Positions 41,833-51,365 of a stretch of DNA of 64,000 bases are shown here, one piece after another. Positions within the stretch are counted from its first letter, which is position 1. Every line of letters starts with the position of its first letter. Both the position numbers and the translations under genes were made by a program. Location of the stretch: positions 13,842-77,841 of the forward strand of contig CAZKVT010000004.1 of the NCBI GenBank assembly GCA_964556365.1, read 5' to 3'. The notes under the pieces were generated by a model that saw only the letters and a list, made by a program, of their open reading frames with translations, searched no databases and was not told where the DNA came from. Source of the DNA: an uncultured bacterium (GTDB lineage Bacteria > Hydrothermota > UBA3072).

Positions 41833-43446
41833 ATGAGAAAAATAACATTAATCTTAACTTTGATAGTTGTCGTTTTCCTGGCAATTCCTTTGTTTGCTGC
41901 CGATGAGTTTATTGAAAAGCACACCTGGGGTTTTAGAAACACTACTTATTTCACCGATGGAGGTAGTACGGTACTGCCATGGGAAGTATATGTAAGAAGT
42001 TTTATCGGCATTTGTCCTGATTCGTCTACAGCCAAGGTTTTATGTCCTCTGGATTATGCTTTTTATCACGCTTACAATGCCGCGTTTGCTGTTGCTGCCG
42101 GCAATTGTTTTGGTATGAGCCTGCTTACCAACATAATTTACAAAGAAGAAGGGCATATGGGTTTTTGTAAACCTATCTATACTTATTCGGGAGGTACGGA
42201 CGGACCTACTTCGGCAAAATTATGTACTACGATAACAGTTATGCAGTGTCATGAATGGAGTCATTCAGGTATTATGTGGATGGCTGAGAATATCACCGGT
42301 CCCACCAGTAAAATAAAGAATGGTAATTATGCTTATGAGCAGGTGGAATATTATCTTTCTATGGGAGATCTGCCTGTACTTACCATAGTTCAGGATATGA
42401 GTTTTGTCGGGCATACATTGGTTCCTTACCGAGTGGAAGATAATGGTTCAAAGAGATATATTTATATACACGATTCAAACAAATGGATTCCTAATCGTCA
42501 GGATTATTACGATAGCGACAGCAATTATATCGAAATTACCAAAAGCAATGGTAACTGGTCTTACGTGTGGGATGCTGCGGAAACCTGGGGCTCTCCGGAT
42601 GGTTTTATTTTTGCTACGCCTATGTCAGTAGTAAAAGCGTCTTCGCGTAATCCCCTGCAGCTCGGTGGAATTACTGATGCAATGAATGATATTTTTCTTA
42701 CAGGCGCGAATATTTCTCAGATTACGGATGACGAAGGGCATAAATTTTACAAGACCAGCGCGGGTTCGCATAATAGGTTGTCAGATATAGAAGATAATCC
42801 GTCGCTTAAAATGAAAAATGTGTTCAGGATGCCTATGATTTCTGCCGCTACGAGAGGAAGAGTCAGAAGTTCCACCCGGATGAAGAATGCTCCGGAGATT
42901 TACTTCGCGTTAGGTTCCGAAGGTAAGAATCTCAATTTTGAGATTGTCTCTACCGGAAAAAAATACAAATTCGAAATGGCGGGTAAAGACAATATAATAA
43001 GGCTTTCCGCGCCCGGCGGGTCGAGCGGAAAAGATAATTTCGAGGTAAAGAAACTTTCAACGAATAATCAAGAATTAAAATTGAGCAGCAGAAGGGGAAC
43101 GGCAAAGTTTGAGGTGGAATTACATCGGAGTGTCCCTGGTTCGGATATATCCAGAGTATTCAAAGTTACAAATCTTACGGCTCCCAGTTCTTCGCCTGTG
43201 AAACTACGTTTGTCTGAGGGGCGGGATGCTCTTCTTGTAAAGGGAGAAAAAAATGCCGTTAGTTGTAATCTTGCAATCACACAGGTTGTAGACGGAAAGA
43301 TAACAAAGATGCCGCCCAGGACATTAAACGTTTCCGGTAAAGAGTGGCAGCAGGTAGCTCCCAGCAACTGGAATAAGTTAAACGGCGCGACTATAAAAAC
43401 GAATAGAATACAGATGCCTCCGGATCCTCCTCTGAAAAAGAGATAA
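41833..43446 (+). CDS. Secreted papain-like / peptidase C39-like putative cysteine peptidase
   Basis: Signal peptide MRKITLILTLIVVVFLAIPLFA. Candidate catalytic triad: Cys in AAGNCFGMSLL, His in SFVGHTLVPYRV, Asp in YIYIHDSN, in the order and spacing of C39-like domains. A GAGGGGGA RBS precedes the ATG at 41833. The track start at 41758 overlaps the upstream gene. Confidence 0.4.
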   Translation: MRKITLILTLIVVVFLAIPLFAADEFIEKHTWGFRNTTYFTDGGSTVLPWEVYVRSFIGICPDSSTAKVLCPLDYAFYHAYNAAFAVAAGNCFGMSLLTNIIYKEEGHMGFCKPIYTYSGGTDGPTSAKLCTTITVMQCHEWSHSGIMWMAENITGPTSKIKNGNYAYEQVEYYLSMGDLPVLTIVQDMSFVGHTLVPYRVEDNGSKRYIYIHDSNKWIPNRQDYYDSDSNYIEITKSNGNWSYVWDAAETWGSPDGFIFATPMSVVKASSRNPLQLGGITDAMNDIFLTGANISQITDDEGHKFYKTSAGSHNRLSDIEDNPSLKMKNVFRMPMISAATRGRVRSSTRMKNAPEIYFALGSEGKNLNFEIVSTGKKYKFEMAGKDNIIRLSAPGGSSGKDNFEVKKLSTNNQELKLSSRRGTAKFEVELHRSVPGSDISRVFKVTNLTAPSSSPVKLRLSEGRDALLVKGEKNAVSCNLAITQVVDGKITKMPPRTLNVSGKEWQQVAPSNWNKLNGATIKTNRIQMPPDPPLKKR

Positions 43447-43461
43447 ATTGGCGGGAAACTT

Positions 43462-45111
43462 ATGATAAAAAAGATAACATTAATCCTTTTCTTTGTATCG
43501 CTTGTTTTTTATGCGTCTGACATCGTCGAATTTTCCGGGTCGGCGGGTTTGTACGGAGAATATGATTATATAGACGGAGATACTACAATGGAACCGACTT
43601 CGCAAGTCCGGTTTAACGTAAGCCCTACAATATCTTTTTATAAAATGCCTATTAGTTTTGATTTCCAGCTAAGTTCTCTGGAATCGCAATACCGTCAGGC
43701 GCTCAATAAATATCGTATCAGCATACAACCGGAAAAAATGTTGAGGGATAAGGTCAATCTTCCGAGTTTTGTTTTTACTATTTCAAATGTGGAATTCGGG
43801 ACCTGTTATCCTTCTTTTTCCCCCTACACTCTTTCGGGTGTACCTGTTTCCGGAGGGGTAGTCGAACTTAACCCCGGGATTTTTCACATGGAAGGGACAA
43901 AGGGAAAACTTCAGAGAAGTGTCGACTGGTCAGATACGACTTATACCGACTACGCGTATGAGAGGAATTTAACTGCTTTTAGTGTAGGGTTCGGAAAAAA
44001 AGAAGCGCCGCACCTTCATTTTATTTACATGCATTCGGGGGACGATACATCTTCCGTGGATCCTTTATTTTTGCCCGCTTACAGTGATTCCGATAGTGTA
44101 GAAATTGTGAAACCAAAGGAAAATTATGTTGTAGGTATCGATTTTAGATTGGATTTTCTTGAAGAGGGGTTTTATATAGAATCTGAGATTGTTGGTACGG
44201 AAGTGACGAGAGATGTTCGTATGCCCGCGCTTAGTTATGAGGACGTCCCGTCCTTTCTTACAGATTTATTTAAGCCCAGATTAAGCAGCGCTTTTGATGT
44301 AGCGTTTAACGTTAACTCGGGGCTAAATATTTACGATACCGAAATTTACGGTTCTGTAAATATGGCGGGCCCAGGATTCGAGTCTTTCGGAAATCCTTAC
44401 CTGCGTAATGACTTTTTAGGATATGAAGCGGGAATAAAACAAAACTTTTTTAGTAAAAGTATGTTTCTTTACGGTTCATTGGCAAACGACAGGGATAATC
44501 TTTTGGGTATGAAAGGTTCTACAACTGCGTTTAATTCGTTTGAATTAGGTGTAGGATTTAATTTTACAAATTTACCGTACCTGGATTTTTCTTACACACC
44601 TTATAGCGAAATAAATGATTCCCTGGGCCTGGATAGAAGCAGTGATATGTACTCTGTTAATACCGGTTACGATATTAATGTTTCCGATATAACTAATTAT
44701 ATAAGTTTTTTCTTTTCTTTCCAGGATTACGAAGATACTTATGACGTAAACAATTATACTGCCAAAGCATATTCTATTAGCGATGAGGTAAGTTTTGCTA
44801 TGCCTCTTAGCTTATCTTTCTCTATGGATTACTCCGAGTCCAGTTTTCCGGATTTGAAAGAGAGCATTACAACTTATGATTTAGGAGCTAATTATACGTT
44901 TTTTGATAACTGGACGAACGGTATCGGGTTCAGTGTTTCATCCGGTTCGGATAATGTTTCAGGAAACAGTATATATTTAAATTCTTCCCTATATGCGGGA
45001 CGATTCATGAATTTAGGATTGGATATAGAGCGCAATGTTTATAACGGAGAATTCGAATATGAGGATTATAATGAATGGCGTATAATGGGAAGCATTTCGA
45101 GTAGCTGGTAG
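43462..45111 (+). CDS. Predicted outer-membrane beta-barrel protein, 549 aa
   Basis: Signal peptide; alternating hydrophobic / aromatic-rich strands throughout; C-terminal aromatic residue (…RIMGSISSSW); abundant Y/F/N/S/D loops. Confidence 0.45.
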   Translation: MIKKITLILFFVSLVFYASDIVEFSGSAGLYGEYDYIDGDTTMEPTSQVRFNVSPTISFYKMPISFDFQLSSLESQYRQALNKYRISIQPEKMLRDKVNLPSFVFTISNVEFGTCYPSFSPYTLSGVPVSGGVVELNPGIFHMEGTKGKLQRSVDWSDTTYTDYAYERNLTAFSVGFGKKEAPHLHFIYMHSGDDTSSVDPLFLPAYSDSDSVEIVKPKENYVVGIDFRLDFLEEGFYIESEIVGTEVTRDVRMPALSYEDVPSFLTDLFKPRLSSAFDVAFNVNSGLNIYDTEIYGSVNMAGPGFESFGNPYLRNDFLGYEAGIKQNFFSKSMFLYGSLANDRDNLLGMKGSTTAFNSFELGVGFNFTNLPYLDFSYTPYSEINDSLGLDRSSDMYSVNTGYDINVSDITNYISFFFSFQDYEDTYDVNNYTAKAYSISDEVSFAMPLSLSFSMDYSESSFPDLKESITTYDLGANYTFFDNWTNGIGFSVSSGSDNVSGNSIYLNSSLYAGRFMNLGLDIERNVYNGEFEYEDYNEWRIMGSISSSW

Positions 45112-45123
45112 TATTTAAAAAAC

Positions 45124-45882
45124 ATGAAGAAAAAGAAAATATTAATAATCGAAGATGATTATGACCTTTCGGCTTTGATGATAAGACATCTTCAGTCGGC
45201 AGGGTATGATGTCTTGAATGTTGGAGATGCCATACAGGGAGTGCAGTTCGCGAGAAAGGAAATCCCCGATTTGATTATTCTCGATTTGAATATACCTGGG
45301 GGAGGTGGGCTGAAAGTTCTGGAAAATGTTAACAGTTTACCGGAAACGCAAGGTATTCCCGTTATAGTTCTTACCGGCGTGCATGATATCGATACAAAAG
45401 AGAAGGCTCTTGCCGCGGGAGCTACAGAGTATTTAGAAAAGCCTTACAATCCGCAGGAGTTATTGGGAAGAATTGAGGAATATCTAATAGAACCCGAGAA
45501 AGGAGAGGAAGAAGGAGGGAGCGCTGGAAATATATTGATTGTCGATGACGATGTGGATTTCGTGAAAAAGCTATCGCTGGATCTGCATAGAGCGAATTTT
45601 TCGACCTCTGTCGCTTATGATGTAGATCAGGGAATGAGACTCGCGCGGGAAAAAGAACCGGATTTAATTATTATCGACTTATTACTCCCGGGTGGGGGAG
45701 GTTTTACCTTTTATAAACATCTTAAAGGTTTAGCTTACACGCAAAACATACCTGTTATAGTTTTGACCGCCTTGAAAGATGAAAAATACAAAAAGGAAAT
45801 GTTCGAAGCGGGGGTTAAATATTATATCGAAAAACCTTACGATTTGAGTTTGTTATTGAATGCGATCGAGGTTGCTCTCTAA
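45124..45882 (+). CDS. Tandem-receiver (REC-REC) response regulator with no output domain
   Basis: Two complete CheY-like domains. REC1: IIEDDYD, phospho-acceptor in LIILDLNIPGGGG, VIVLTG, EKPY. REC2: IVDDDVD, LIIIDLLLPGGGG, VIVLTAL, EKPY. Joined by an acidic/Gly linker. Confidence 0.8.
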   Translation: MKKKKILIIEDDYDLSALMIRHLQSAGYDVLNVGDAIQGVQFARKEIPDLIILDLNIPGGGGLKVLENVNSLPETQGIPVIVLTGVHDIDTKEKALAAGATEYLEKPYNPQELLGRIEEYLIEPEKGEEEGGSAGNILIVDDDVDFVKKLSLDLHRANFSTSVAYDVDQGMRLAREKEPDLIIIDLLLPGGGGFTFYKHLKGLAYTQNIPVIVLTALKDEKYKKEMFEAGVKYYIEKPYDLSLLLNAIEVAL

Positions 45883-45908
45883 GAGGTCAGTAACACAGGC
45901 ATAGCAAA

Positions 45909-45947
45909 GTTAAATAGTTGAATAGTTGAATTGTCCACCCAACCCAT
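45909..45947. repeat. Degenerate 8-mer array (TAGTTGAA-type)
   Basis: gttaaatagttgaatagttgaattgtccacccaacccat. Confidence 0.6.
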
Positions 45948-46128
45948 AAAAGATAAAATTACTACAAAGGAAACATTTTTTGTTATTTTTTTCTAATTAA
46001 CTATTTTTCAATTTTACTTGGATTATAAGAATATATTATATAGCCACTGATTGACACGGATATGCACTGATTTTTTTTAAGTTGTTTTTTTTCGCCGTCA
46101 GCAGTCAGCTGTTAGCCGTAAGCTTGTT

Positions 46129-46899
46129 TTATCGCAGAGGCATCAGGTTATATGATAAGTTCAGTCCTATTCTTATGTTATTGGGGGAGTCTTCTTCGGT
46201 AAAGAGATGTTCAAGCTTGGTAAAGTAGAGGATTCCTTTGAGTAACACGGTTTCGTATTCAAACGCTAAATTGCCGTCTCTTCCATCTGCTTCGAGAATA
46301 ATATTTAAAGGACCGTTTAAGTTTATTTTTAGACCGCCGAAAAGACCCATTACCCAGTTTTCATGTTCTTCGTCGAAAATAACATCCGTATTAGGGAAAA
46401 AGCTTCTTGGACCGTAACCAACGAATTTTCCTCTGCCGATTCCTAAAGATATTTCAAAGTTTTTACCGAGGTCTTTCGTGGCAACTCCATAAAGAGAGGC
46501 AATTTCGGGCGGTCTGTTTTCGTAACTTTCATCGGCGTAAGTTTCTTCCGAGCCCGCCGGCGAGATAAATTTATTGAATGCCAGTTCCTGAATACCTATC
46601 GCAATAGAAGGTCTCGTTTCGTTCTGTTCTATAATTTGATATGACACGTCGAAGGCAAAATCGATTTCGTTGTACCATTTTAGAGCCATATTGAATTGGT
46701 CTTTAGTATATTCTATTCCTATATTAGGGTCGAATCCCACTTCGCTTTCACTCTTTGTCGCGAGATTCATATCCGTGTTTATAAAAAAACCATCCGTATA
46801 ATTGGCGGTTGGGATATCTATATAAGAATCATAATGTAACGTCTGGGAATTAAGAGAGATACAGCACAGGAGAAATAAGAACATAAAAAATTTTTTCAC
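46129..46899 (-). CDS. Secreted protein homologous to the N-terminal domain of the adjacent OmpA-family paralogs (no OmpA domain)
   Basis: Signal peptide. Shares YIDxPTANxT ... ISPAGSEET ... RPPEIAS ... GRGKFVGYGP ... NTDxxFDEEHENW motifs with the N-terminal halves of the 47779 and 49658 genes. GTG start at 46899 with an AAGGAGG RBS. Confidence 0.55.
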   Translation of the reverse strand: MKKFFMFLFLLCCISLNSQTLHYDSYIDIPTANYTDGFFINTDMNLATKSESEVGFDPNIGIEYTKDQFNMALKWYNEIDFAFDVSYQIIEQNETRPSIAIGIQELAFNKFISPAGSEETYADESYENRPPEIASLYGVATKDLGKNFEISLGIGRGKFVGYGPRSFFPNTDVIFDEEHENWVMGLFGGLKINLNGPLNIILEADGRDGNLAFEYETVLLKGILYFTKLEHLFTEEDSPNNIRIGLNLSYNLMPLR

Positions 46900-46987
46900 T
46901 TACAGCCTCCTTATTTGGTTTTCTTTAAAATTTACCCCCGGATTTTATGCTAGTACCCAGGACCCGGTACCTGGTGCCCAAGGCTTG

Positions 46988-47590
46988 TTATTCCCATTTG
47001 CCGAATAGAGTTACATAAAAAGAAAGAAGAACAAGTTTCGCGTCAAGCATGAAACATTGTTTTTTTATATAAAGAAGGTCATATTTAACCTTGTGCTCGG
47101 TTTTTGCTTCTTTGCTCGCGAATATCTGAGCTATTCCCGTAAGACCTGGTCTTACGGAAGTTCTCTTCGAAAAATCGGGAACTTTTTCGAGGCTTTCATA
47201 TTTACTTCCTATAATTTCAACATCCGGATGGAAAGGACGCGGACCCACAAAGCTCATATCGCCTTTAAAAATAGAAAGCAATTGAGGCAGTTCGTCCATG
47301 GCTGTAGCTCTCATTATTTTTCCGACTTTAGTTACGTGTGAATGATATTCGTCTTTATTTTTCATGGGAGCGCCGTTGTGAGTATCTTTCCCCATCGAAC
47401 GAAATTTCAAGACATAAAAGATTTTTCCGCTTTTACCCATTCGCTTTTGTTTTATAAAAATAGGTCCTCCGCTTTCCATTACAATTACGACAGCGGAAAG
47501 AGCCCAGACGGGAAGTGATAATACTAAACCGGTTCCCGAAAGTATAACGTCGCATATTCTTTTAGATATTCGCATAATATTTGAGTCCAT
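46988..47590 (-). CDS. Polyprenyl-phosphate sugar phosphotransferase (bacterial sugar transferase, WbaP/PglC C-terminal type)
   Basis: Single N-terminal TM helix, then DELPQL ... FVGPRP ... PGLTG motifs of initiating sugar transferases. The first ATG is at 47590; the track start is a TTG at 47629. Confidence 0.75.
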   Translation of the reverse strand: MDSNIMRISKRICDVILSGTGLVLSLPVWALSAVVIVMESGGPIFIKQKRMGKSGKIFYVLKFRSMGKDTHNGAPMKNKDEYHSHVTKVGKIMRATAMDELPQLLSIFKGDMSFVGPRPFHPDVEIIGSKYESLEKVPDFSKRTSVRPGLTGIAQIFASKEAKTEHKVKYDLLYIKKQCFMLDAKLVLLSFYVTLFGKWE

Positions 47591-47778
47591 TTTTCTTCTT
47601 TGTTTCCGTAACCTATTAATTATAAACAAGATATAAGAAAAAGCAAGCTTTTGAGGTTCTTTTCACAAAAAATTAATCACGTGTTAAGGTTTTTTATGGA
47701 TATTCCCTTAACATAATTTTTCTTTAAAGAATGTAAATTCCTGAAGTTTAAACTCTTATATAAAAAATTTAAATAAAT

Positions 47779-49233
47779 TTATTCTTTTATCCTGTACAAT
47801 ATAAACTCGGCCCGTCTGTTTTTGATTCTGCCTGCTTCTGTGTTGTTGGTCGCTATAGGATTTGTTTCTCCGTAACCTTCTATGCTGATTTTTTCCGGAA
47901 GTATGCCTCGTCCTATCAGATATTTTTTTACGCTTTCTGCCCTTTTCTCCGATAGCTTCTGGTTGGCTTCGTAGGTTCCCAGGGAGCAGGTATGTCCGAT
48001 AATCAGCAGACGAACATCTTTGTTGTCTCTTATAAGTTCGATAATTCTATTTAATATGCTGAGCGCTCTCGGGGTAAGGTCGGCTCTATTTAAAGGAAAT
48101 CTTATGCTTATTCCTTCTACCTGGTCTTTAATTTCTTCGAAATTATCTATTATCCTTACAGAATCTGCAGCTGTCACAGGCTTTTTTTGTTCTTCTATTT
48201 TACTTAGTTCTATAGTGTAAAGATTTTTACTTGTTCCTCCTTTTACCGCCATCGCGATTTCTTTGTCTTTATATCCCGCAGCGGAAATAAATGAAGTGTA
48301 AATTCCGGGTTCCAGTTCTAAGGAATGAATGTTTTTTTCAAAAGAAGATGCTTGAATGGTATCTCCTTTCATGCTGGTTATTGTTGTGTATCCTTTTACA
48401 GGTTCTCTGTTTTCTTTATCTATAAGTTCGATTGATACAGGGAATTTTTTTACTAATTTTTCAACTGTCTCCTTCATATCCATTAATTTATAGGATAGAT
48501 TAAGACTGACACGCGGAGAGAGTTCATCTTCCGAACCGAATAGTTCTAATTTATTCAAAGCCATTGTGCCTTTTACAAGTTCATTCTGATATTCTATGCC
48601 AACGTTCGCGTCTCTGCCGTCCGTTTCCACAATAAAAGCTAAATTATTGGGGAAGGTTACTTTTGTCCCTCCGAAAAGACCGACAGCCCAGTTTTCATGA
48701 TTCTCGTCGAAGAAAATGTCGGTATTGGGAACGTAACTTTTCGGTCCGTACCCTACAAATCTTCCCCTGCCTATCCCTCCGGTCAATTCAAAACTTTTAC
48801 CAAATTTTTTTGTTCCGACGATATATGCTGAGGCAATTTCCGGAGGTCTATCCTCATAATCTTCATCATTAAAGGTTTCTTCCGAACCCGCGGGAGAAAT
48901 GTACTGGTTGATAGCGATCTCCGCGAGTCCTATGGCAAGACCGGGAGCACTTTCGTTCTCGGCGAGAATCTGGTAAGACAAGTCCATGGCAAAATCGACG
49001 CCGTCGTACCACTTTACGGCAATGCCGAATTTATTATACGAGAAATCTATTCCTATATTAGGATCGAATTTAACGTCCGTTACATCCATGACCGGATAGC
49101 TCGAACTCACATTGACGTAAAGCCCCTGAGTAAAATTGGCTGTAGGCATATCTATATAAGCTTCTCTTTTCATTTGGAAAGCATTAACCGCAATTGATAC
49201 TACAAATAATAAAGCAAAAAATAAATTTTTCAT
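47779..49233 (-). CDS. OmpA-family protein: unknown N-terminal domain plus a C-terminal peptidoglycan-binding OmpA-like domain (paralog A)
   Basis: Signal peptide; OmpA_C motifs (LLIIGHTCSLGTYEANQKLSEKRAESVKKYL ... NRRAEF); AAGGGGGTGA RBS. Confidence 0.75.
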   Translation of the reverse strand: MKNLFFALLFVVSIAVNAFQMKREAYIDMPTANFTQGLYVNVSSSYPVMDVTDVKFDPNIGIDFSYNKFGIAVKWYDGVDFAMDLSYQILAENESAPGLAIGLAEIAINQYISPAGSEETFNDEDYEDRPPEIASAYIVGTKKFGKSFELTGGIGRGRFVGYGPKSYVPNTDIFFDENHENWAVGLFGGTKVTFPNNLAFIVETDGRDANVGIEYQNELVKGTMALNKLELFGSEDELSPRVSLNLSYKLMDMKETVEKLVKKFPVSIELIDKENREPVKGYTTITSMKGDTIQASSFEKNIHSLELEPGIYTSFISAAGYKDKEIAMAVKGGTSKNLYTIELSKIEEQKKPVTAADSVRIIDNFEEIKDQVEGISIRFPLNRADLTPRALSILNRIIELIRDNKDVRLLIIGHTCSLGTYEANQKLSEKRAESVKKYLIGRGILPEKISIEGYGETNPIATNNTEAGRIKNRRAEFILYRIKE

Positions 49234-49260
49234 AGTTTATCACCCCCTTATACAAACAAT

Positions 49261-49288
49261 TTTATAGAGGATATGTCTTTTTGTCAAC
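49261..49288 (-). promoter_or_regulatory. Sigma70-type promoter (TTGACA-16-TATAAA on the minus strand) for OmpA paralog A
   Basis: -35 complement tgtcaa at 49283-49288; -10 complement tttata at 49261-49266. Confidence 0.4.
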
Positions 49289-49657
49289 CTAGATTAGAAT
49301 TTTTTTTGAAAAAAACCCATTTTACCGCAGAGACAAAAAGAACGCAGAAAAAAATTTTTAAGCCACGAAACACACTAAATCCCGCTACTCCTTTTGAATG
49401 TGTGTTTTAAAAAAAACACTAAAATAATGCTAATTCGATAATCGCGGCTGGGAAACCGCTCCCACATTTTTCTTTTTATTGTAGGAAGGATTTCTCTACC
49501 CTGTGGAATAAGAACTCAACATACAATGACTTCTATTATATTTGGAAAGTGCTGAATAAAAACGTAGGGTTGGGGTTTATTCCCAACAATCTATGTGCGA
49601 GGGATGAACCCCCGCGTTACTAATTTACGAATTTCCTGACTTGAAGAATCTATAAAG

Positions 49658-51115
49658 CTATTCTCTCGACCTTTTTACTATGAGTTCAGCTCTTCTGTTT
49701 CTTATTCTGCCTGCTTCCGTGCTGTTGTCCGCGAGAGGTTTTGTTTCTCCGTAAGCTTCCGTGCTGATTTTTTCAGCGGGTATGCCTCGTCCTATAAGAT
49801 ATTCTTTGACGTTTCCTGCTCTTTTCTCGGATAGCTTTTGGTTGAATTCATAGCTTCCGATATCGCAGGTATGTCCTATAATTAGTAGATTAATGCCTTT
49901 ATCGTTTCCTATTAGTTCGACTATTCTATCTGAGATGCCGTATGCTCTGGGGGTAAGTTTGAACTCTCCTAAGGGGAATTTTATGCTTATTCCTTCTACC
50001 TGGTCTTTAATTTCCTCGAAATTATCTATTATCCTTATGGAATCTTCAGCTTTTACAGGCTTTTTGGGTTCTTCTATCTTGTTTAGCTCTATAGTGTAAA
50101 AGTTTTTACTCGTTCCTCCTTTAACCGTCATCTCTATTTCTTTATTTCTATATCCTGCGGCTGTAATGAATGAAGTGTAAAGCCCCGGTTCCAGTTCGAA
50201 GGAATGAATGTTTTTTTCGAAAGAAGATGCTTGAATGGTATCTCCTTTTATGCTGGTTGTTGTTGTGTATCCTTTTACAGGTTCTCTGCTTTTTTTGTCT
50301 ATCAATTCAATCGCGACGGGAAATTCTTTCTTTTCTATCTCTTTAACCCTTTCCTGAAGGTTCGTCATCTTGTAGGATAGATTAAGACTAACACGAGGAG
50401 AGAGTTCATTTTCCGAACTGAAAAGTTCGAGTTTATTTAAAGCCAATGTGCCTTTTACAAGTTCATTCTGATATTCTATTCCAACATTCGCGTCTCTGCC
50501 GTCCGTTTCCACAATAAAAGCTAAATTATTCGGGAAGGTTACTTTTGTTCCTCCGAAAAGACCGACAGCCCAGTTTTCATGGTTTTCGTCGAAGAAAATG
50601 TCGGTATTGGGAATATAACTTCTTGGTCCGTAACCGACGAATCTGCCTCTGCCTATCCCTCCGGTCAATTCAAAACTTTTCCCCATCTTTTTTGTTCCTA
50701 CGATGTATGCCGATGCAATCTCCGGGGGTCTATCCGTATAGTTTTCATCGTTGAAAACATCCTCGGAGCCCGCGGGAGAAACATATTTACTGTTGGATAG
50801 TTCTGCGATTCCTATGGCAAGACCGGGAACGCTTTCGCTTTCCGCGAGAATCTGGTAAGATAGGTCCATTGCAAAGTCTATCCCGTCGTACCACTTTACC
50901 GCCATCCCAAATTTGTTATAAGAAAAATCTATTCCTATGTTAGGATCGAATTTCACGTCATCCACATCTTTAATCGGATAACTCGAACTCACGTTAACAT
51001 AAAGCCCCTGGGTAAAATTAGCTGTAGGCATATCTATATAAGCTTCTCTTTTCATTTGGAAAGCATTAACCGCAATTGATACTACAAATAATAAAGCAAA
51101 AAATAAATTTTTCAT
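49658..51115 (-). CDS. OmpA-family protein, paralog B (tandem duplicate of 47779-49233)
   Basis: Identical first 47 aa and high identity throughout to paralog A at protein and DNA level; OmpA_C motifs (LLIIGHTCDIGSYEFNQKLSEKRAGNVKEYL ... NRRAEL). Confidence 0.75.
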   Translation of the reverse strand: MKNLFFALLFVVSIAVNAFQMKREAYIDMPTANFTQGLYVNVSSSYPIKDVDDVKFDPNIGIDFSYNKFGMAVKWYDGIDFAMDLSYQILAESESVPGLAIGIAELSNSKYVSPAGSEDVFNDENYTDRPPEIASAYIVGTKKMGKSFELTGGIGRGRFVGYGPRSYIPNTDIFFDENHENWAVGLFGGTKVTFPNNLAFIVETDGRDANVGIEYQNELVKGTLALNKLELFSSENELSPRVSLNLSYKMTNLQERVKEIEKKEFPVAIELIDKKSREPVKGYTTTTSIKGDTIQASSFEKNIHSFELEPGLYTSFITAAGYRNKEIEMTVKGGTSKNFYTIELNKIEEPKKPVKAEDSIRIIDNFEEIKDQVEGISIKFPLGEFKLTPRAYGISDRIVELIGNDKGINLLIIGHTCDIGSYEFNQKLSEKRAGNVKEYLIGRGIPAEKISTEAYGETKPLADNSTEAGRIRNRRAELIVKRSRE

Positions 51116-51142
51116 AGTTTATCACCCCCTTATACAAACAAT

Positions 51143-51169
51143 TTTATAGAGGATATGTCTTTTTGTCAA
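51143..51169 (-). promoter_or_regulatory. Duplicated copy of the OmpA-paralog promoter (TTGACA-16-TATAAA on the minus strand)
   Basis: The same 60-bp upstream sequence as 49234-49290 (atcacccccttatacaaacaattttatagaggatatgtctttttgtcaacct). Confidence 0.4.
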
Positions 51170-51252
51170 CCTAAATTAGCGTTTTTTTAAAAAAACCTAA
51201 TTTCACCGAGGAGATACAGGGAAACAGGTAGATGTGTAAATGGGTAAAAAAA

Positions 51253-51330
51253 CAGTCAACCCATCTACCCATACACCCATCAACTCATTCACTACTTTAC
51301 CGATTCACTGCTTCCTGATTCGGAGAACCC
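51253..51330. repeat. Degenerate heptamer array (ACCCATC / CATTCAC / CTGATTC units)
   Basis: cccatctacccatacacccatcaactcattcactactttaccgattcactgcttcctgattcgg. Confidence 0.55.
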
Positions 51331-51336
51331 GATATC

Positions 51337-51365
51337 CGATATCTAAAAAAATCCCCTTGACAAAT
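51337..51365 (+). promoter_or_regulatory. Conserved promoter module (A-tract + CCCCTTGACAAA -35 element), copy 1
   Basis: ccgatatctaaaaaaatccccttgacaaa is near-identical to 52856-52886. A TATATT -10-like hexamer follows ~16 nt after TTGACA. Confidence 0.4.
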
